From contig JBBRLI010000005.1 in the NCBI GenBank assembly GCA_038231455.1, positions 126,032 through 190,031 of the forward strand: a DNA stretch of 64,000 nucleotides, read 5' to 3'. Made by a program: the position numbers and the translations under genes. Source of the stretch: Vulcanimicrobiales bacterium. Its GTDB lineage: Bacteria > Vulcanimicrobiota > Vulcanimicrobiia > Vulcanimicrobiales > Vulcanimicrobiaceae. The notes below the pieces were generated by a model. The model ran no database searches. It was not told the DNA's origin and saw nothing but the letters and a program-made list of their open reading frames with translations. Shown here piece after piece: positions 19,710 through 30,117 of this stretch. The number at the start of each line of letters is the position of its first letter. Positions within the stretch are counted from its first letter, which is position 1.

Positions 19710-20788
19710 GCGACGTCCGCAAGCGTATCGTCGATGGCAGCGATATCGTCGCGAGCGACGTGCCCGAAGCACGAGTCCTTGACCCCGCAAGTCCGCTTGC
19801 CGAAGACGTCTACGGCGCAAAACTCCGCCCGCATACCTTTGAAGAATACGTCGGTCAATCGCAGATCGTCGACAACCTGCGCATCGCAATCGACGCTGCG
19901 CGCAAACGCGGCGAGACGCTCGACCACGTGCTCTTCAGCGGCCCGCCGGGACTGGGCAAAACGACGCTTGCGGGCTTGATCGCACGCGAACTCGGCGGTG
20001 GATTTCATGCAACCTCGGGACCGTCGCTCGACAAACCCAAAGACCTCGTCGGGATTCTCACGCAACTCGAAGAAGGCGACATTCTCTTCATCGATGAGAT
20101 CCATCGTCTCGGCAGTGTCGTTGAAGAATACCTGTATCCGGCGATGGAAGATTTTCAGATCGACTTTGTCGTCGATCGCGGCGCGTACGCAAAGACGCTC
20201 AAGTTGCCGCTCAAAACGTTTACGCTCGTCGGCGCGACAACGCGTGCGGGGATGCTTTCTGCACCTCTACGCGACCGCTTTGGCATCAGCCACCATCTCG
20301 ATTATTACGAGCAAGACGAACTCGAATCGATCGTTACGCGCAGCGCCAGTGTGCTCGGCATCGCAATCGAAGAGAACGGAGCGGCAACGATCGCCGCGCG
20401 CAGCCGCGGCACACCGCGTATCGCAAACCGCCTCTTGCGCCGCGTGCGCGACTACGCCGAAGTGCGTGCCGAAGGCGTGATTACCGCTGCCGTCGCCGAT
20501 GAGGCGTTGCGGCGGGAAGGGGTCGATTCGCTCGGCCTCGACCGGCTCGACCGCGCCTATCTCACCACGATCGCGCAGCAGTATGCCGGCGGGCCGGTGG
20601 GAATCAATGCGCTCGCGGCAACGTTGACCGAAGACGTGGAGACACTCGAGGACGTCGTGGAACCCTATCTGCTCAAAACCGGCTTCGTCGCGCGAACCGC
20701 AAGCGGCCGCAAAATTACGCTTGCCGCACTGCGTCATTTAGAGATTCCGGCGCCACGCGCAAGTGGTGCCCAAGAGCGGCTCCTGTAG
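19706..20788 (+). CDS. ruvB: Holliday junction helicase RuvB
   Basis: [36 protein letters not shown] and [17 protein letters not shown] motifs. Confidence 0.98.
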   Translation: MSDVRKRIVDGSDIVASDVPEARVLDPASPLAEDVYGAKLRPHTFEEYVGQSQIVDNLRIAIDAARKRGETLDHVLFSGPPGLGKTTLAGLIARELGGGFHATSGPSLDKPKDLVGILTQLEEGDILFIDEIHRLGSVVEEYLYPAMEDFQIDFVVDRGAYAKTLKLPLKTFTLVGATTRAGMLSAPLRDRFGISHHLDYYEQDELESIVTRSASVLGIAIEENGAATIAARSRGTPRIANRLLRRVRDYAEVRAEGVITAAVADEALRREGVDSLGLDRLDRAYLTTIAQQYAGGPVGINALAATLTEDVETLEDVVEPYLLKTGFVARTASGRKITLAALRHLEIPAPRASGAQERLL

Positions 20789-21798
20789 TGCAGCGCAGCT
20801 CGTTCGTCGCGGCGACCGGCGCGTTGATCCTCAGTACGCGCGCATCGGCTCGCGCCAGTGGAGGTTTAGATCTCGGCGCCGAGCCTGCGCGGCCGATTCG
20901 TATTCTGCTTACGAGCGGCCATACGGGAGATGCGCCAAGTGCCGGGCCCAGCGGCTTTGCCTACGCCGGTAAGAGCTATCGCGGAACGGCGCGCGTCGTC
21001 GATCTTGGGGCGGGACGCAGCGGCATCGTCGCCGTGATGGACGTCGAAGAGTACCTCTACGGTGTCTTGCCGATCGAGGCGTCCTCGGGTTGGCCTTCTG
21101 CCGCGCTCGAAGCGCAAGCGATCGTCGCGCGAACCTACGCGCTCGGACGCCGCTCGCTCTCGCGCCCCTACGACGTCCTCGCCTCAGATAGCGATCAGCA
21201 GTACGGCGGCGTTGAACGCGAGACACCGATGACGAATGCAGCGGTCGAGGCGACGCGCGGCATGACCGTCGCGTACGGCGGCGGCGCGGCAAGCGTCTTT
21301 TATATGGCGTGCTGCGGCGGTCACACGGCCGACGCCGCAGAGCTCTGGGGGCGTGCCCCGCTTGCGTATCTGCGTGGCGTCCCCGATCCGCACTGCGTTC
21401 CGGCGCCGGATTATCGCTGGAAACGGTCCGTTCCCATGGATCGCGTTCTGGCCGCATTTCACGCGCCGAACAGCGTGCCCGACCATTTTGAGCTCGATGC
21501 GCCCGACTCCAGCGGTCGTCCGCGGACGGTGGCGGCCGTCTCGGGGAGCGGTCGCTTGACCCTCGCGGCGTCCGATTTCCGCCGCCTCGTCGGCGCGGAC
21601 GTGATACGCAGCACGCTCCTCCGCACGATTGCCATCGATTCCTCGCAGGCGCCGCCGCTCGTCGTCATCGAAGGTTCGGGACGTGGACATGGGGTTGGCA
21701 TGTGTCAATGGGGCGCGCGATTTATGGCAGGCGATGGCTTTGGAGCCGATCGCATCATCGCGTTCTATTTTCCGGGAACGACGATAGCACGTGGCTGA
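20788..21798 (+). CDS. SpoIID/LytB-domain peptidoglycan lytic transglycosylase
   Basis: EEYLYGVLPIE, ALEAQAIVARTYA, DQQYGG, CCGGHT and GHGVGMCQWGA motifs. Confidence 0.93.
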   Translation: MQRSSFVAATGALILSTRASARASGGLDLGAEPARPIRILLTSGHTGDAPSAGPSGFAYAGKSYRGTARVVDLGAGRSGIVAVMDVEEYLYGVLPIEASSGWPSAALEAQAIVARTYALGRRSLSRPYDVLASDSDQQYGGVERETPMTNAAVEATRGMTVAYGGGAASVFYMACCGGHTADAAELWGRAPLAYLRGVPDPHCVPAPDYRWKRSVPMDRVLAAFHAPNSVPDHFELDAPDSSGRPRTVAAVSGSGRLTLAASDFRRLVGADVIRSTLLRTIAIDSSQAPPLVVIEGSGRGHGVGMCQWGARFMAGDGFGADRIIAFYFPGTTIARG

Positions 21799-22177
21799 AG
21801 AGAACAAGCCCGACGCCGCGCCGAGCGAAGATGACAAGCGCAATGCCACCGTTGGAGTGCGCCTGCGCAAATACATCGATGTCGTGGTCGAAGACAAACT
21901 GTCGTACACGCTCTTTCGCTGCGCGATCGCCGATATTTCGCCAACCGGATTTCGTATTATCTCCGAACAGTATATGGCCAAAGGCACGAAATACGAATTC
22001 ACGATGAAACGCAGTCCGTTTCTCGTCTTGCGCGGTGAAGTGCGCTGGGTGCGGCCGTACGAACGCGACACCTTCCAGGTCGGCGTGCTCTTCATCGACG
22101 TAAAAGAAGAAGACCGCCGCCGGCTCACGGCGTTTCTTGAGATGGAACGGCAGCGCGTTTTCACGCACGACATGTGA
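21791..22177 (+). CDS. Stand-alone PilZ-domain protein
   Basis: DISPTG (DxSxxG), GEVRWVR and VGVLF motifs; RxxxR motif is atypical. Confidence 0.85.
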   Translation: MAEENKPDAAPSEDDKRNATVGVRLRKYIDVVVEDKLSYTLFRCAIADISPTGFRIISEQYMAKGTKYEFTMKRSPFLVLRGEVRWVRPYERDTFQVGVLFIDVKEEDRRRLTAFLEMERQRVFTHDM

Positions 22178-23241
22178 GCGAGCGCGACGTTGCGACCTAC
22201 GATTATACGCTCCCCGAGGATCGGATCGCCCACGTTCCCGCGGACCGACGCGATGAATCACGGCTGATGATCGTGGCCGGCGACACGCTGGTCGACCGTC
22301 GTTTTTCCGATCTTCCCGATTCCTTGATCGCGGGTGACGTGCTTGTGATCAACGAAACGCGCGTCATTCGCGCGCGACTGCACGGCACGCGCGCGGGAGG
22401 CGGCAAAGCCGAGGTCTTACTCCTCGCCCCAAGCGGCGGCGGCGGGTACGATCCAAGCGAGCGCGCGTGGCTCGCACTGGTTCGACCGGGGCGGCGCCTC
22501 GGTGTCGGCGCGGAGATTCACTTCGGTGATGCACGTGCGAGGATCGTGCGCGTCCTCGATGACGGACCGCGAATCGTCGAATTCGCGCTTGGGACCGATC
22601 TCGAAGCGCTGATGCGCGAGCACGGTGAATTACCGTTGCCTCCGTACGTCGGACCCGGCGATGCAGCGCGATCCGAGCGTTATCAAACCGTTTTTGCGCG
22701 GGTTCCCGGCAGCGTCGCCGCGCCGACCGCGTCGCTCCACTTCACAACCGATCTGCTCGAACGTATCCGCGACCGCGGCGTCACGATCGTGCCGCTGGTG
22801 CTCGACGTCGGCATTGGAACGTTCCGGCCGATGAGCGGAACGACACTCGACGAACACGTTATGCATGCCGAACGCTTCGCGATTCCACCCGAGACAGCCG
22901 ACGCCGTTAACGCCGCACGCGCCGCTGGGCGTCGCGTCATCGCGGCGGGCACGACGGTGCTGCGGGCACTCGAGGGCGCAGCCGAATTTCACGATCCGCT
23001 TCGAGCGGGACCGGGCGCGACCAACCTCTTTATCACACCGGGCTTTGCCTTTCGCGTCGTCGACGCGCTCGTCACGAATTTCCATTTGCCGAAATCGACG
23101 TTGCTCGTCCTCGTAAGCGCCTTTGGCGGCGGTCGCCAAGTGCGCGCCGCCTACGAGCACGCCATTCGCGAACATTACCGTTTCTTTTCATTCGGGGATG
23201 CCATGTTGCTCGCGCGGGCGACGCCCGAACAACTAGAATAA
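22174..23241 (+). CDS. queA: S-adenosylmethionine:tRNA ribosyltransferase-isomerase
   Basis: YDYTLPEDRIA, GELPLPPY, YQTVFA, GSVAAPTASLHF, TNFHLPKSTL and YRFFSFGDAM motifs. Confidence 0.97.
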   Translation: MSERDVATYDYTLPEDRIAHVPADRRDESRLMIVAGDTLVDRRFSDLPDSLIAGDVLVINETRVIRARLHGTRAGGGKAEVLLLAPSGGGGYDPSERAWLALVRPGRRLGVGAEIHFGDARARIVRVLDDGPRIVEFALGTDLEALMREHGELPLPPYVGPGDAARSERYQTVFARVPGSVAAPTASLHFTTDLLERIRDRGVTIVPLVLDVGIGTFRPMSGTTLDEHVMHAERFAIPPETADAVNAARAAGRRVIAAGTTVLRALEGAAEFHDPLRAGPGATNLFITPGFAFRVVDALVTNFHLPKSTLLVLVSAFGGGRQVRAAYEHAIREHYRFFSFGDAMLLARATPEQLE

Positions 23242-23265
23242 GCGGGTGGTCCTCAAAGTGTAAAC

Positions 23266-25980
23266 ATGCGCTCCCCACGTGCTTCCGGGCTGAGCTTGGC
23301 TACGTTCGCGACGACCGTCGCTCAGCGGCGCGCTGCCTATGGCGCTGCGGCCCTCATTGCCGCGGTCGTCCTGGGATCGCTGCCATTTGCATCGCTGCGT
23401 GGCAAGCCGGTACCGGCCTTCATGGCGATCAACGTGACGATGATTGCGATCATCGACTTTGTGACCGCGTTCTTACTCTTCCGGCAGGGGATCGCGGGTG
23501 CATTGCGACCCATCGCGATTTTGGGAGCGGCATATCTCTTTACCGGAACGATTGTCATTGCGTATCTGATGGCGTTCCCCGATAGTGCGGGCACGTTTTC
23601 ATTCGGCGCCGGCCCCCAAAGCGCGATCTGGATTTGGGTGGCGTGGAAAATCGGTTTCATCGCGCTTATTCTCAGCGCCGTCCGAGACGAATACCGTGAT
23701 CCCAGACGTCTCCTTTCGCGCGCTGACCTACAGCAACTTTTCAGCTGGCTTCCAGCCCTTATCGTTGGGAGTGTTTTCCTCATGGCGTGGTATGCAATCG
23801 CGCACGGAGATCGCCTACCGCCGCTGATCGTCGAGCGTGCTTATACACCGCTCTTTCTGCAAGTGCTCTGCCCGCTGATCGCACTTGGTTGCGCCGTATG
23901 TGCAGGTCTGCTTTTGGCGCGCTCGCGCGGATCGAACGTCGCACACCTCTGGCTGACGATCACCTGTGTTGCCGTCGCGGCGGAAGTGCTCATGACGGGA
24001 CTCGGCGCGACACGATATAGCGTCGGATTCTACGCAGCGCGCGTCGAATCACTCGTCGCAGCAAGCGTCGTTCTTTTCGCGCTCCTGCAACAGAGCGGGC
24101 GTCTCGCCGATGCCATTGCCGCGGCCGAGCGTCAGGCGCGTGCGATCGTCGAGAATGTTGCCGATGCGTTGCTCACCGTTGACGCGTCCGGGCGCATCAC
24201 CGACGTCAATCCGGCCGCGTGCAAACTTTTCGAATCCGAACGTAATGCCTTTGCGCGCATCGATGAGGTCATCGTCGACTTCGCCTTCGTGCGACGGTCA
24301 CAACGTGGAGCGAGCTCCTTCGAGGCGGTCGGCCGTACCACCAGCGGCCGCTCGTTCCCGCTTGAAGTGACGGTCGGCGGCGCGGGCGATCCGATCGATA
24401 CGACGGAGGGCCCCTCCACGATCATCATCGCGCGAGATATCACCGCGCGCAAACGGGCCGAATCGGCAATCGCCGTCGCGCGGGATCAAGCAATTGAAAC
24501 ATCGCGTCTCAAAGCCCAGTTTCTTGCAACGATGAGTCATGAAATACGAACGCCGATCAACGGCGTGATCGGGATGACCGAACTCCTGTTGGGAACGGAA
24601 CTTGCCGGCGAGCGCCGCTCGTTTGCCGAGACGGTGCGTGACTCCGCCGAGTCGCTGCTCGAAGTGATCAACAATATTCTGGATTTCTCGAAAATCGAAG
24701 CCGGAAAATTCGAGCTCGAGTCGATCGCGTTCTCGCCCGGCGATACGCTCGAGGCATCCGCCGAAATTCTGGCACCGAACGCTCAAGCAAAAGGCATCGG
24801 ACTCCTCACCTTCGTCGATCCAAGCGTCCCGAGCGCCGTGATCGGCGATTCAAACCGGCTGCGTCAAGTGCTGCTCAATCTTGTCGGCAATGCGATCAAA
24901 TTCACCGAGGCGGGCAACGTGACGTTACGGTTGACGCGCGACTCCGCTCCGCGGCGACTGCGCTTCTCGGTCAGCGACTCCGGGATCGGGATCTCGACGA
25001 CGATGCGCGATGCACTCTTCGAACCGTTCCGGCAAGGAGACGGCTCGGCTAAACGACGTTACGGCGGAAGCGGTCTTGGACTTTCGATCTCGCAAAAACT
25101 CATCGCAATGATGGGTGGGTCGATCGAAGTTGATTCGACGCTTGGCTCCGGCTCGCACTTTTGGTTTACGGTTCCTGTCGAAATTCTTGACGGGGTTTCA
25201 AGCGACCGTCCAGCGTTGCCCGACGGGTTCGCGGCGCTTGTCGTCGATTCGAACGACACGGCTTCTGCGATCGTACGGGCGTATATCGAATCATGGGGCG
25301 GTCGCGTGCAAACCGTCGCTAGCGTTCAATCAGCTGCGCGGGTGGCGCAAGCGTTCGACGTCGTACTCGTCGATTCGGCGGTCGGCGATTTCTATGCGCT
25401 GCAGGGCGCCGCGCCGCGCATCGTGCTCTGTGCCGATTCCGAGACCGGACGCGCGGCTCTGGAGCGCGGCTTTGCAAGTTTCGTTCGTAAGCCGCTGCGC
25501 CGCGCGCCGCTCTTCGATGCAGTCGCGCTCGCACTCACCGGCGCAAAACAAGCGCCCGTCCTCGGCGATCATGCTGGGCCACAAGACCGGCATCCGGGCA
25601 CGGTGATTTTACTTGCCGAAGATCATCCGGTCAATCAAAAACTTGCGCTTCGACAATTGGAGAAACTTGGCTACGTCGCGCACGCCGTTGCGAACGGGCG
25701 CGAGGCCGTCGAGGCGGTTGCAACCGGCGCGTATACGCTCGTGCTGATGGATTGTCAGATGCCGGTGCTCGATGGGTTTGGTGCCGCGCGCTCGATCCGG
25801 ACGAACGAACGCGCTACGGGCGCGCACATTCCGATCGTCGCAATGACGGCGAACGCCTTCGATTCGGATCGCGACGCGTGTCTTGCTGCCGGGATGGATG
25901 GCTATCTTTCCAAACCGGTCCAAATGAGCGCGCTCGCCGCAGAGATCGAACGCTTCACCGAAGCCGTGCGCGCGCAATGA
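23266..25980 (+). CDS. Hybrid sensor histidine kinase (MASE4-like TM, PAS, HisKA, HATPase, degenerate REC, REC)
   Basis: About 8 TM helices; FLATMSHEIRTPING, LNLVGNAIKFT, DSGIG, GGSGLGL and LVLMDCQMP motifs. Confidence 0.95.
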   Translation: MRSPRASGLSLATFATTVAQRRAAYGAAALIAAVVLGSLPFASLRGKPVPAFMAINVTMIAIIDFVTAFLLFRQGIAGALRPIAILGAAYLFTGTIVIAYLMAFPDSAGTFSFGAGPQSAIWIWVAWKIGFIALILSAVRDEYRDPRRLLSRADLQQLFSWLPALIVGSVFLMAWYAIAHGDRLPPLIVERAYTPLFLQVLCPLIALGCAVCAGLLLARSRGSNVAHLWLTITCVAVAAEVLMTGLGATRYSVGFYAARVESLVAASVVLFALLQQSGRLADAIAAAERQARAIVENVADALLTVDASGRITDVNPAACKLFESERNAFARIDEVIVDFAFVRRSQRGASSFEAVGRTTSGRSFPLEVTVGGAGDPIDTTEGPSTIIIARDITARKRAESAIAVARDQAIETSRLKAQFLATMSHEIRTPINGVIGMTELLLGTELAGERRSFAETVRDSAESLLEVINNILDFSKIEAGKFELESIAFSPGDTLEASAEILAPNAQAKGIGLLTFVDPSVPSAVIGDSNRLRQVLLNLVGNAIKFTEAGNVTLRLTRDSAPRRLRFSVSDSGIGISTTMRDALFEPFRQGDGSAKRRYGGSGLGLSISQKLIAMMGGSIEVDSTLGSGSHFWFTVPVEILDGVSSDRPALPDGFAALVVDSNDTASAIVRAYIESWGGRVQTVASVQSAARVAQAFDVVLVDSAVGDFYALQGAAPRIVLCADSETGRAALERGFASFVRKPLRRAPLFDAVALALTGAKQAPVLGDHAGPQDRHPGTVILLAEDHPVNQKLALRQLEKLGYVAHAVANGREAVEAVATGAYTLVLMDCQMPVLDGFGAARSIRTNERATGAHIPIVAMTANAFDSDRDACLAAGMDGYLSKPVQMSALAAEIERFTEAVRAQ

Positions 25981-28730
25981 TCGAAACGTACGCCGACGAT
26001 TTAGGGACCTTCCCCTCGACGCGGCAGCAACGCCGCTATGCTCTTGCAACGGCGGTCGTAGCGCTCGCAATTGCCGTTGCGATCGTCCCGATCGCGCGTA
26101 TACCAGCGGTTGCAATTCCGGCATTCTTTCCCGCGTTTGCAACGGCGATCATGCTCACCGATGCGATGACGGCCTATTTGCTGTTCCGACAGTATCTCAC
26201 CGGACGGCGACCGTCGATGGCGCTCCTTGCCATCGCATATCTCTTCACAAGCGCGATCGTGATCCCGCATCTCATCGGCTTCCCTGGTGTGTTTTCGAAA
26301 ACCGGACTCTTCGGAGCGTCCCCGCAAACCTCGGTGTGGCTCTGGGTCGCGTGGCACAGCGGCTTTCCCGCGTTCATGCTCCTCTACGTCAACGTCTACA
26401 TCCGCGAGCGAACGCTTTTGCGCGCCGGTCCGCGCTGGCTTGGGCCGGCACTCGCGGCCATTACGCTTGTGCTCGCGGGGCTGATTGCGTTTGTAACGTT
26501 CCGATTCGGTCACGACCTTCCAGCGCTCATCGTCGCCGGGTCATACGTGCGCTTGATCTCAAGCGGAGTTGGACCAGCCGTGTTCGCGCTTTCCCTTGCG
26601 GCGACCGTGTGTCTGGTCAGCGTTACGCGCCTCCGCACGTCGGCCCACCTGTGGCTGAGCGTTGCTGTCTTCGCGATGACCATCGACATTGGGATCACGC
26701 TTCTTGGTGGAGCTCGCTACAGTTACGGTTGGTATTTCGCGCGCCTCGATAGTCTCGTCGCGGCGACGGTCGTGCTCGGCGCATTGTTGTATGAGGCTGC
26801 GCTCTTGGGCGAGCGCGTGGCGCAAGCCGAACGCCGCCTGCGGTCGCTCGTCGACGGCGTTGCCGACGCGCTCATCGCCATCGATCAACACGGCAACATT
26901 CGTTCGTTCAATCCCGCGGCATCGATCCTCTTCGGGCTCCAGGCGCGCGACGCGATCGGGACGCCGCTCGTGCAGATCGTGCCCGGTTACGATTCGGTTG
27001 CGCGTGAGAGTACGAGCGTTCATGAGACCGAAGGAGTCGACCGGAGCGGGCGGAGGATTCCGCTGGAACTTGCCTTTGGCGGTGTCGATGCGAGCGCCGC
27101 GATGACGATCGTCGCGCGCGACATCACCCAGCGCAAGCGCGCGCAACTCGCGATTGCTGCGGCACGCGATCAGGCGGTCGAAGCGGCGCGCGTGAAAGCG
27201 CAGTTCCTTGCAACCATGAGCCACGAAATCCGCACGCCGATCAATGCGGTCATCGGCATGACCGAACTCTTGATCGAAGGCGAGCTTACCGGCGAACAGC
27301 GCGAATATACGGAGACGGTTCGCAGTTCGGCGCAGTCGCTGCTCGGAATCATCAACGACGTGCTGGACTTTTCCAAACTCGAGACCGGCCGCATGCCGAT
27401 CGATGCCGTCCCGTTCGCGCCGATCGAGGCGGTCGAATCGGCCGCCGATATTCTCGCCGCCGGCGCACGCAAGAAGCGGCTAACGCTCGTCACGTACGTC
27501 GCGCCGGATGTGCCCAAGCAATTGCTCGGCGACGCGAACAGAATCCGTCAAATTCTGCTCAACCTGATCGGAAACGCGATCAAGTTCACGGCGAGCGGCC
27601 ACGTCGTCGTTCGTTGCACGGTCGATCGTCCCGAAGGCGACTTTACCATTGTCCGCTTCAGTGTGAGCGACACCGGCATTGGTGTCTCGACGGAAAGCGC
27701 GGCGAAGCTCTTCGCGCCATTCGCGCAAGCGGATGATTCGACAAGCCGCCGGTTTGGCGGGACGGGTCTTGGTCTTTCAATCTCAAAGCAACTCGTCGAA
27801 CTCATGGGCGGCGATATCGACGTCGATTCGCGCGCGGGAGCCGGCGCGACGTTCTGGTTCACAGCGCGGCTCAAACGTATCGACGCCGAGGCATATCAAG
27901 ATCTTCCGACGCTACGCGGCGCGCGCGTTCTCATCGTCGATGACGATGGTGTATCGCGTCAAATTCTCGAACAGTACCTGCTCTCGTGGGGTATCATCGC
28001 CACGAGCACGGCAAGCGCCAACCACGCAATAACCCTTTTGCAAGGAGCGGCAAAGCGGGGGACGCCGTTTCACGCCGCACTCGTCGACTACTTTATGCCC
28101 GACCTCGATGGGATCTCGCTTGGCATGGCGATCAAAGCAGCACCGCAAATCGAATCCGTGCCGCTGATCCTGGTGACCGCATTCGATGAACCCGGCCGCG
28201 GTCGCGAGGCAATCGAGCGTGGCTTTTCCGCGTACTTACGCAAACCGCTGCGCCAGTCCGACCTCTACGATGCGCTCGCCTCGGCCGTCGCGCACACGGT
28301 GCCGACAGTCGTTGACGTGCACGAAGCGATCGTATCGCCGCCTCGCGAGGACGTGCTGATTTTGATTGCCGAGGATCATCCGGTCAATCAAAAACTTGCG
28401 CTGCAACAACTCAAAAAGCTGGGATATCGGGCCGAGGCCGTGAACAACGGTCGCGAAGCGCTCGAGGCCCTCGAACGCACCGATTTTTCGCTCGTTTTGA
28501 TGGACTGCCAAATGCCAGAACTCGACGGCTACGACACGACACGCGCAATCCGGCGCCGCGAGGCAACGCGCGGCGTTCACGTTCCGATCGTCGCGCTGAC
28601 CGCGAATGCCCTCGAAGGCGATCGCGACGCTTGCATCGCCGCGGGCATGGATGACTACCTTGCCAAACCCGTGCAATTGGCCGAACTTGCCGCGATGATC
28701 GAGCGCTATACGATGGTCGACCATGTCTGA
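25977..28730 (+). CDS. Hybrid sensor histidine kinase (MASE4-like TM, PAS, HisKA, HATPase, REC, REC), paralog of upstream gene
   Basis: ATG 25977 (ATGA overlap). FLATMSHEIRTPINA, GNAIKFT, GGTGLGL, ALVDYFMP and LMDCQMP motifs. Confidence 0.95.
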   Translation: MIETYADDLGTFPSTRQQRRYALATAVVALAIAVAIVPIARIPAVAIPAFFPAFATAIMLTDAMTAYLLFRQYLTGRRPSMALLAIAYLFTSAIVIPHLIGFPGVFSKTGLFGASPQTSVWLWVAWHSGFPAFMLLYVNVYIRERTLLRAGPRWLGPALAAITLVLAGLIAFVTFRFGHDLPALIVAGSYVRLISSGVGPAVFALSLAATVCLVSVTRLRTSAHLWLSVAVFAMTIDIGITLLGGARYSYGWYFARLDSLVAATVVLGALLYEAALLGERVAQAERRLRSLVDGVADALIAIDQHGNIRSFNPAASILFGLQARDAIGTPLVQIVPGYDSVARESTSVHETEGVDRSGRRIPLELAFGGVDASAAMTIVARDITQRKRAQLAIAAARDQAVEAARVKAQFLATMSHEIRTPINAVIGMTELLIEGELTGEQREYTETVRSSAQSLLGIINDVLDFSKLETGRMPIDAVPFAPIEAVESAADILAAGARKKRLTLVTYVAPDVPKQLLGDANRIRQILLNLIGNAIKFTASGHVVVRCTVDRPEGDFTIVRFSVSDTGIGVSTESAAKLFAPFAQADDSTSRRFGGTGLGLSISKQLVELMGGDIDVDSRAGAGATFWFTARLKRIDAEAYQDLPTLRGARVLIVDDDGVSRQILEQYLLSWGIIATSTASANHAITLLQGAAKRGTPFHAALVDYFMPDLDGISLGMAIKAAPQIESVPLILVTAFDEPGRGREAIERGFSAYLRKPLRQSDLYDALASAVAHTVPTVVDVHEAIVSPPREDVLILIAEDHPVNQKLALQQLKKLGYRAEAVNNGREALEALERTDFSLVLMDCQMPELDGYDTTRAIRRREATRGVHVPIVALTANALEGDRDACIAAGMDDYLAKPVQLAELAAMIERYTMVDHV

Positions 28731-29070
28731 GGCACTGGATCTCTCGGCGCTCGAAGAGGTCTTCGGCGATGACCGTGCGGGAATCGTCGAACTGGTCGAG
28801 ATGATCACCGGTGAAGAAGCCGGTGCCCTCGCGCCGGTGCGCAGCGCCGTCGAATCGCACGATGCCGGTGCCTTGCGCGACGCAGCGCACGGCCTCAAAG
28901 GGGCTGCGGCGAACGTCGGTGCATTCGGTGTCTCGCACATCGCTGCGGAGCTCGAATCGCGCGCGCGCTCCGGGGTGTGGGATGATGTTGCTGGACTACT
29001 GCGCGACCTTGGCGTCGCGCTCGAGCGTGCGCGCACGGAACTTGCCGCTTACCGGGGTGCGGTTACATGA
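28723..29070 (+). CDS. Hpt (histidine phosphotransfer) protein
   Basis: AAHGLKGAAANVGA motif; helical 115-aa protein. Confidence 0.93.
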   Translation: MSEALDLSALEEVFGDDRAGIVELVEMITGEEAGALAPVRSAVESHDAGALRDAAHGLKGAAANVGAFGVSHIAAELESRARSGVWDDVAGLLRDLGVALERARTELAAYRGAVT

Positions 29071-30107
29071 ATAAAGTCCTCGTCATCGATGACTACGAAG
29101 CCAACCTCAAGCTCTATGGTAAAGTGATCTCGCAGATTCCGAATACGGAAATCGTGCCGTTCACCGTCTCGAAACAAGCGCTGCTGTGGTCGGATCAGAA
29201 CGACCCCGCGCTCGTGGTGGTCGACCAGAATATGCCCGATCCGGACGGCTTGGAATTCATTCGCTTGTACCGGCAACTCCGGGGTCGCGGTGAGACGCCG
29301 ATCATTATGATTACGGGTACGCAAGATCGCGAACTGCGGCGCGAAGCGCTGCGACGCGGTGCGGGTGCGTTTCTCAACAAGCCCGTTGACCCGGTCGAAT
29401 TCCTCTCGTACGCGACGAACTTCATTGTCTCGCGCAGTAGTCGGATCGAAGCGGTCGCGCGGGCGGAGGCGAGTGTCTCGCAGGCACAGACGCTCGCAGC
29501 ACAGCTCGAAGAACGTGACCGTCAAACGATCGAACATCTTTGGCGCGCACTTGGGGCACGCGATCCGCGGCTCGGACAGCACGCCACGCGTGTCGCCGGC
29601 TATGCCGGCCGGATCGCTTCGCGCCTCGGGCTTTCCGCAAACGATATTGCGGCGATTACGATCGCCGCGCGCGTGCACGATATCGGTAAGCTTTCGCTGC
29701 CGGATCGCGTCTTGCTCAAGGCGGCTAAACTTGCAAGCGAGGAGCGCACGATTGCACACGGCCACGCCCAGGCCGGTGCCGACATCCTGCGCGGCGAGGA
29801 GAGTCACTTGATGGCGCTCGCCGCCGATCTTGCCCGAACGCACCATGAAGCGATCGACGGCTCCGGGTACCCGAGCGGTTTACGCGGTGAGGCAATTCCG
29901 ATCGGCGGACGCATCGTCGCCGTTGCCGATGCGTTTTCCGCGATGACCGCACGGCGTCCGTGGCGCGATGCGCTGACGATCGGTCACGCGGTCGAAGAGA
30001 TCGAGCGTGCGGCCGGTTCGCGATTCGATTCGCGCGTCGTCGGTGCGTTCCGCGATGCGATGACGGAGATTCTCGAAATTCGCGCACGCAATCCTGATCG
30101 AGCGTAG
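29067..30107 (+). CDS. Response regulator with HD-GYP phosphodiesterase domain (RpfG-like)
   Basis: VLVIDD...VVDQNMP...KP receiver domain; HDIGK, HHEAIDGSGYP and VADAFSAM motifs. Confidence 0.94.
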   Translation: MNKVLVIDDYEANLKLYGKVISQIPNTEIVPFTVSKQALLWSDQNDPALVVVDQNMPDPDGLEFIRLYRQLRGRGETPIIMITGTQDRELRREALRRGAGAFLNKPVDPVEFLSYATNFIVSRSSRIEAVARAEASVSQAQTLAAQLEERDRQTIEHLWRALGARDPRLGQHATRVAGYAGRIASRLGLSANDIAAITIAARVHDIGKLSLPDRVLLKAAKLASEERTIAHGHAQAGADILRGEESHLMALAADLARTHHEAIDGSGYPSGLRGEAIPIGGRIVAVADAFSAMTARRPWRDALTIGHAVEEIERAAGSRFDSRVVGAFRDAMTEILEIRARNPDRA

Positions 30108-30117
30108 TTTCTCGCGC

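Noticed and set aside
20788..20860. Tat signal on the SpoIID protein
   Set aside because: It reads QRSSF rather than RRxF, so the export route cannot be assigned.
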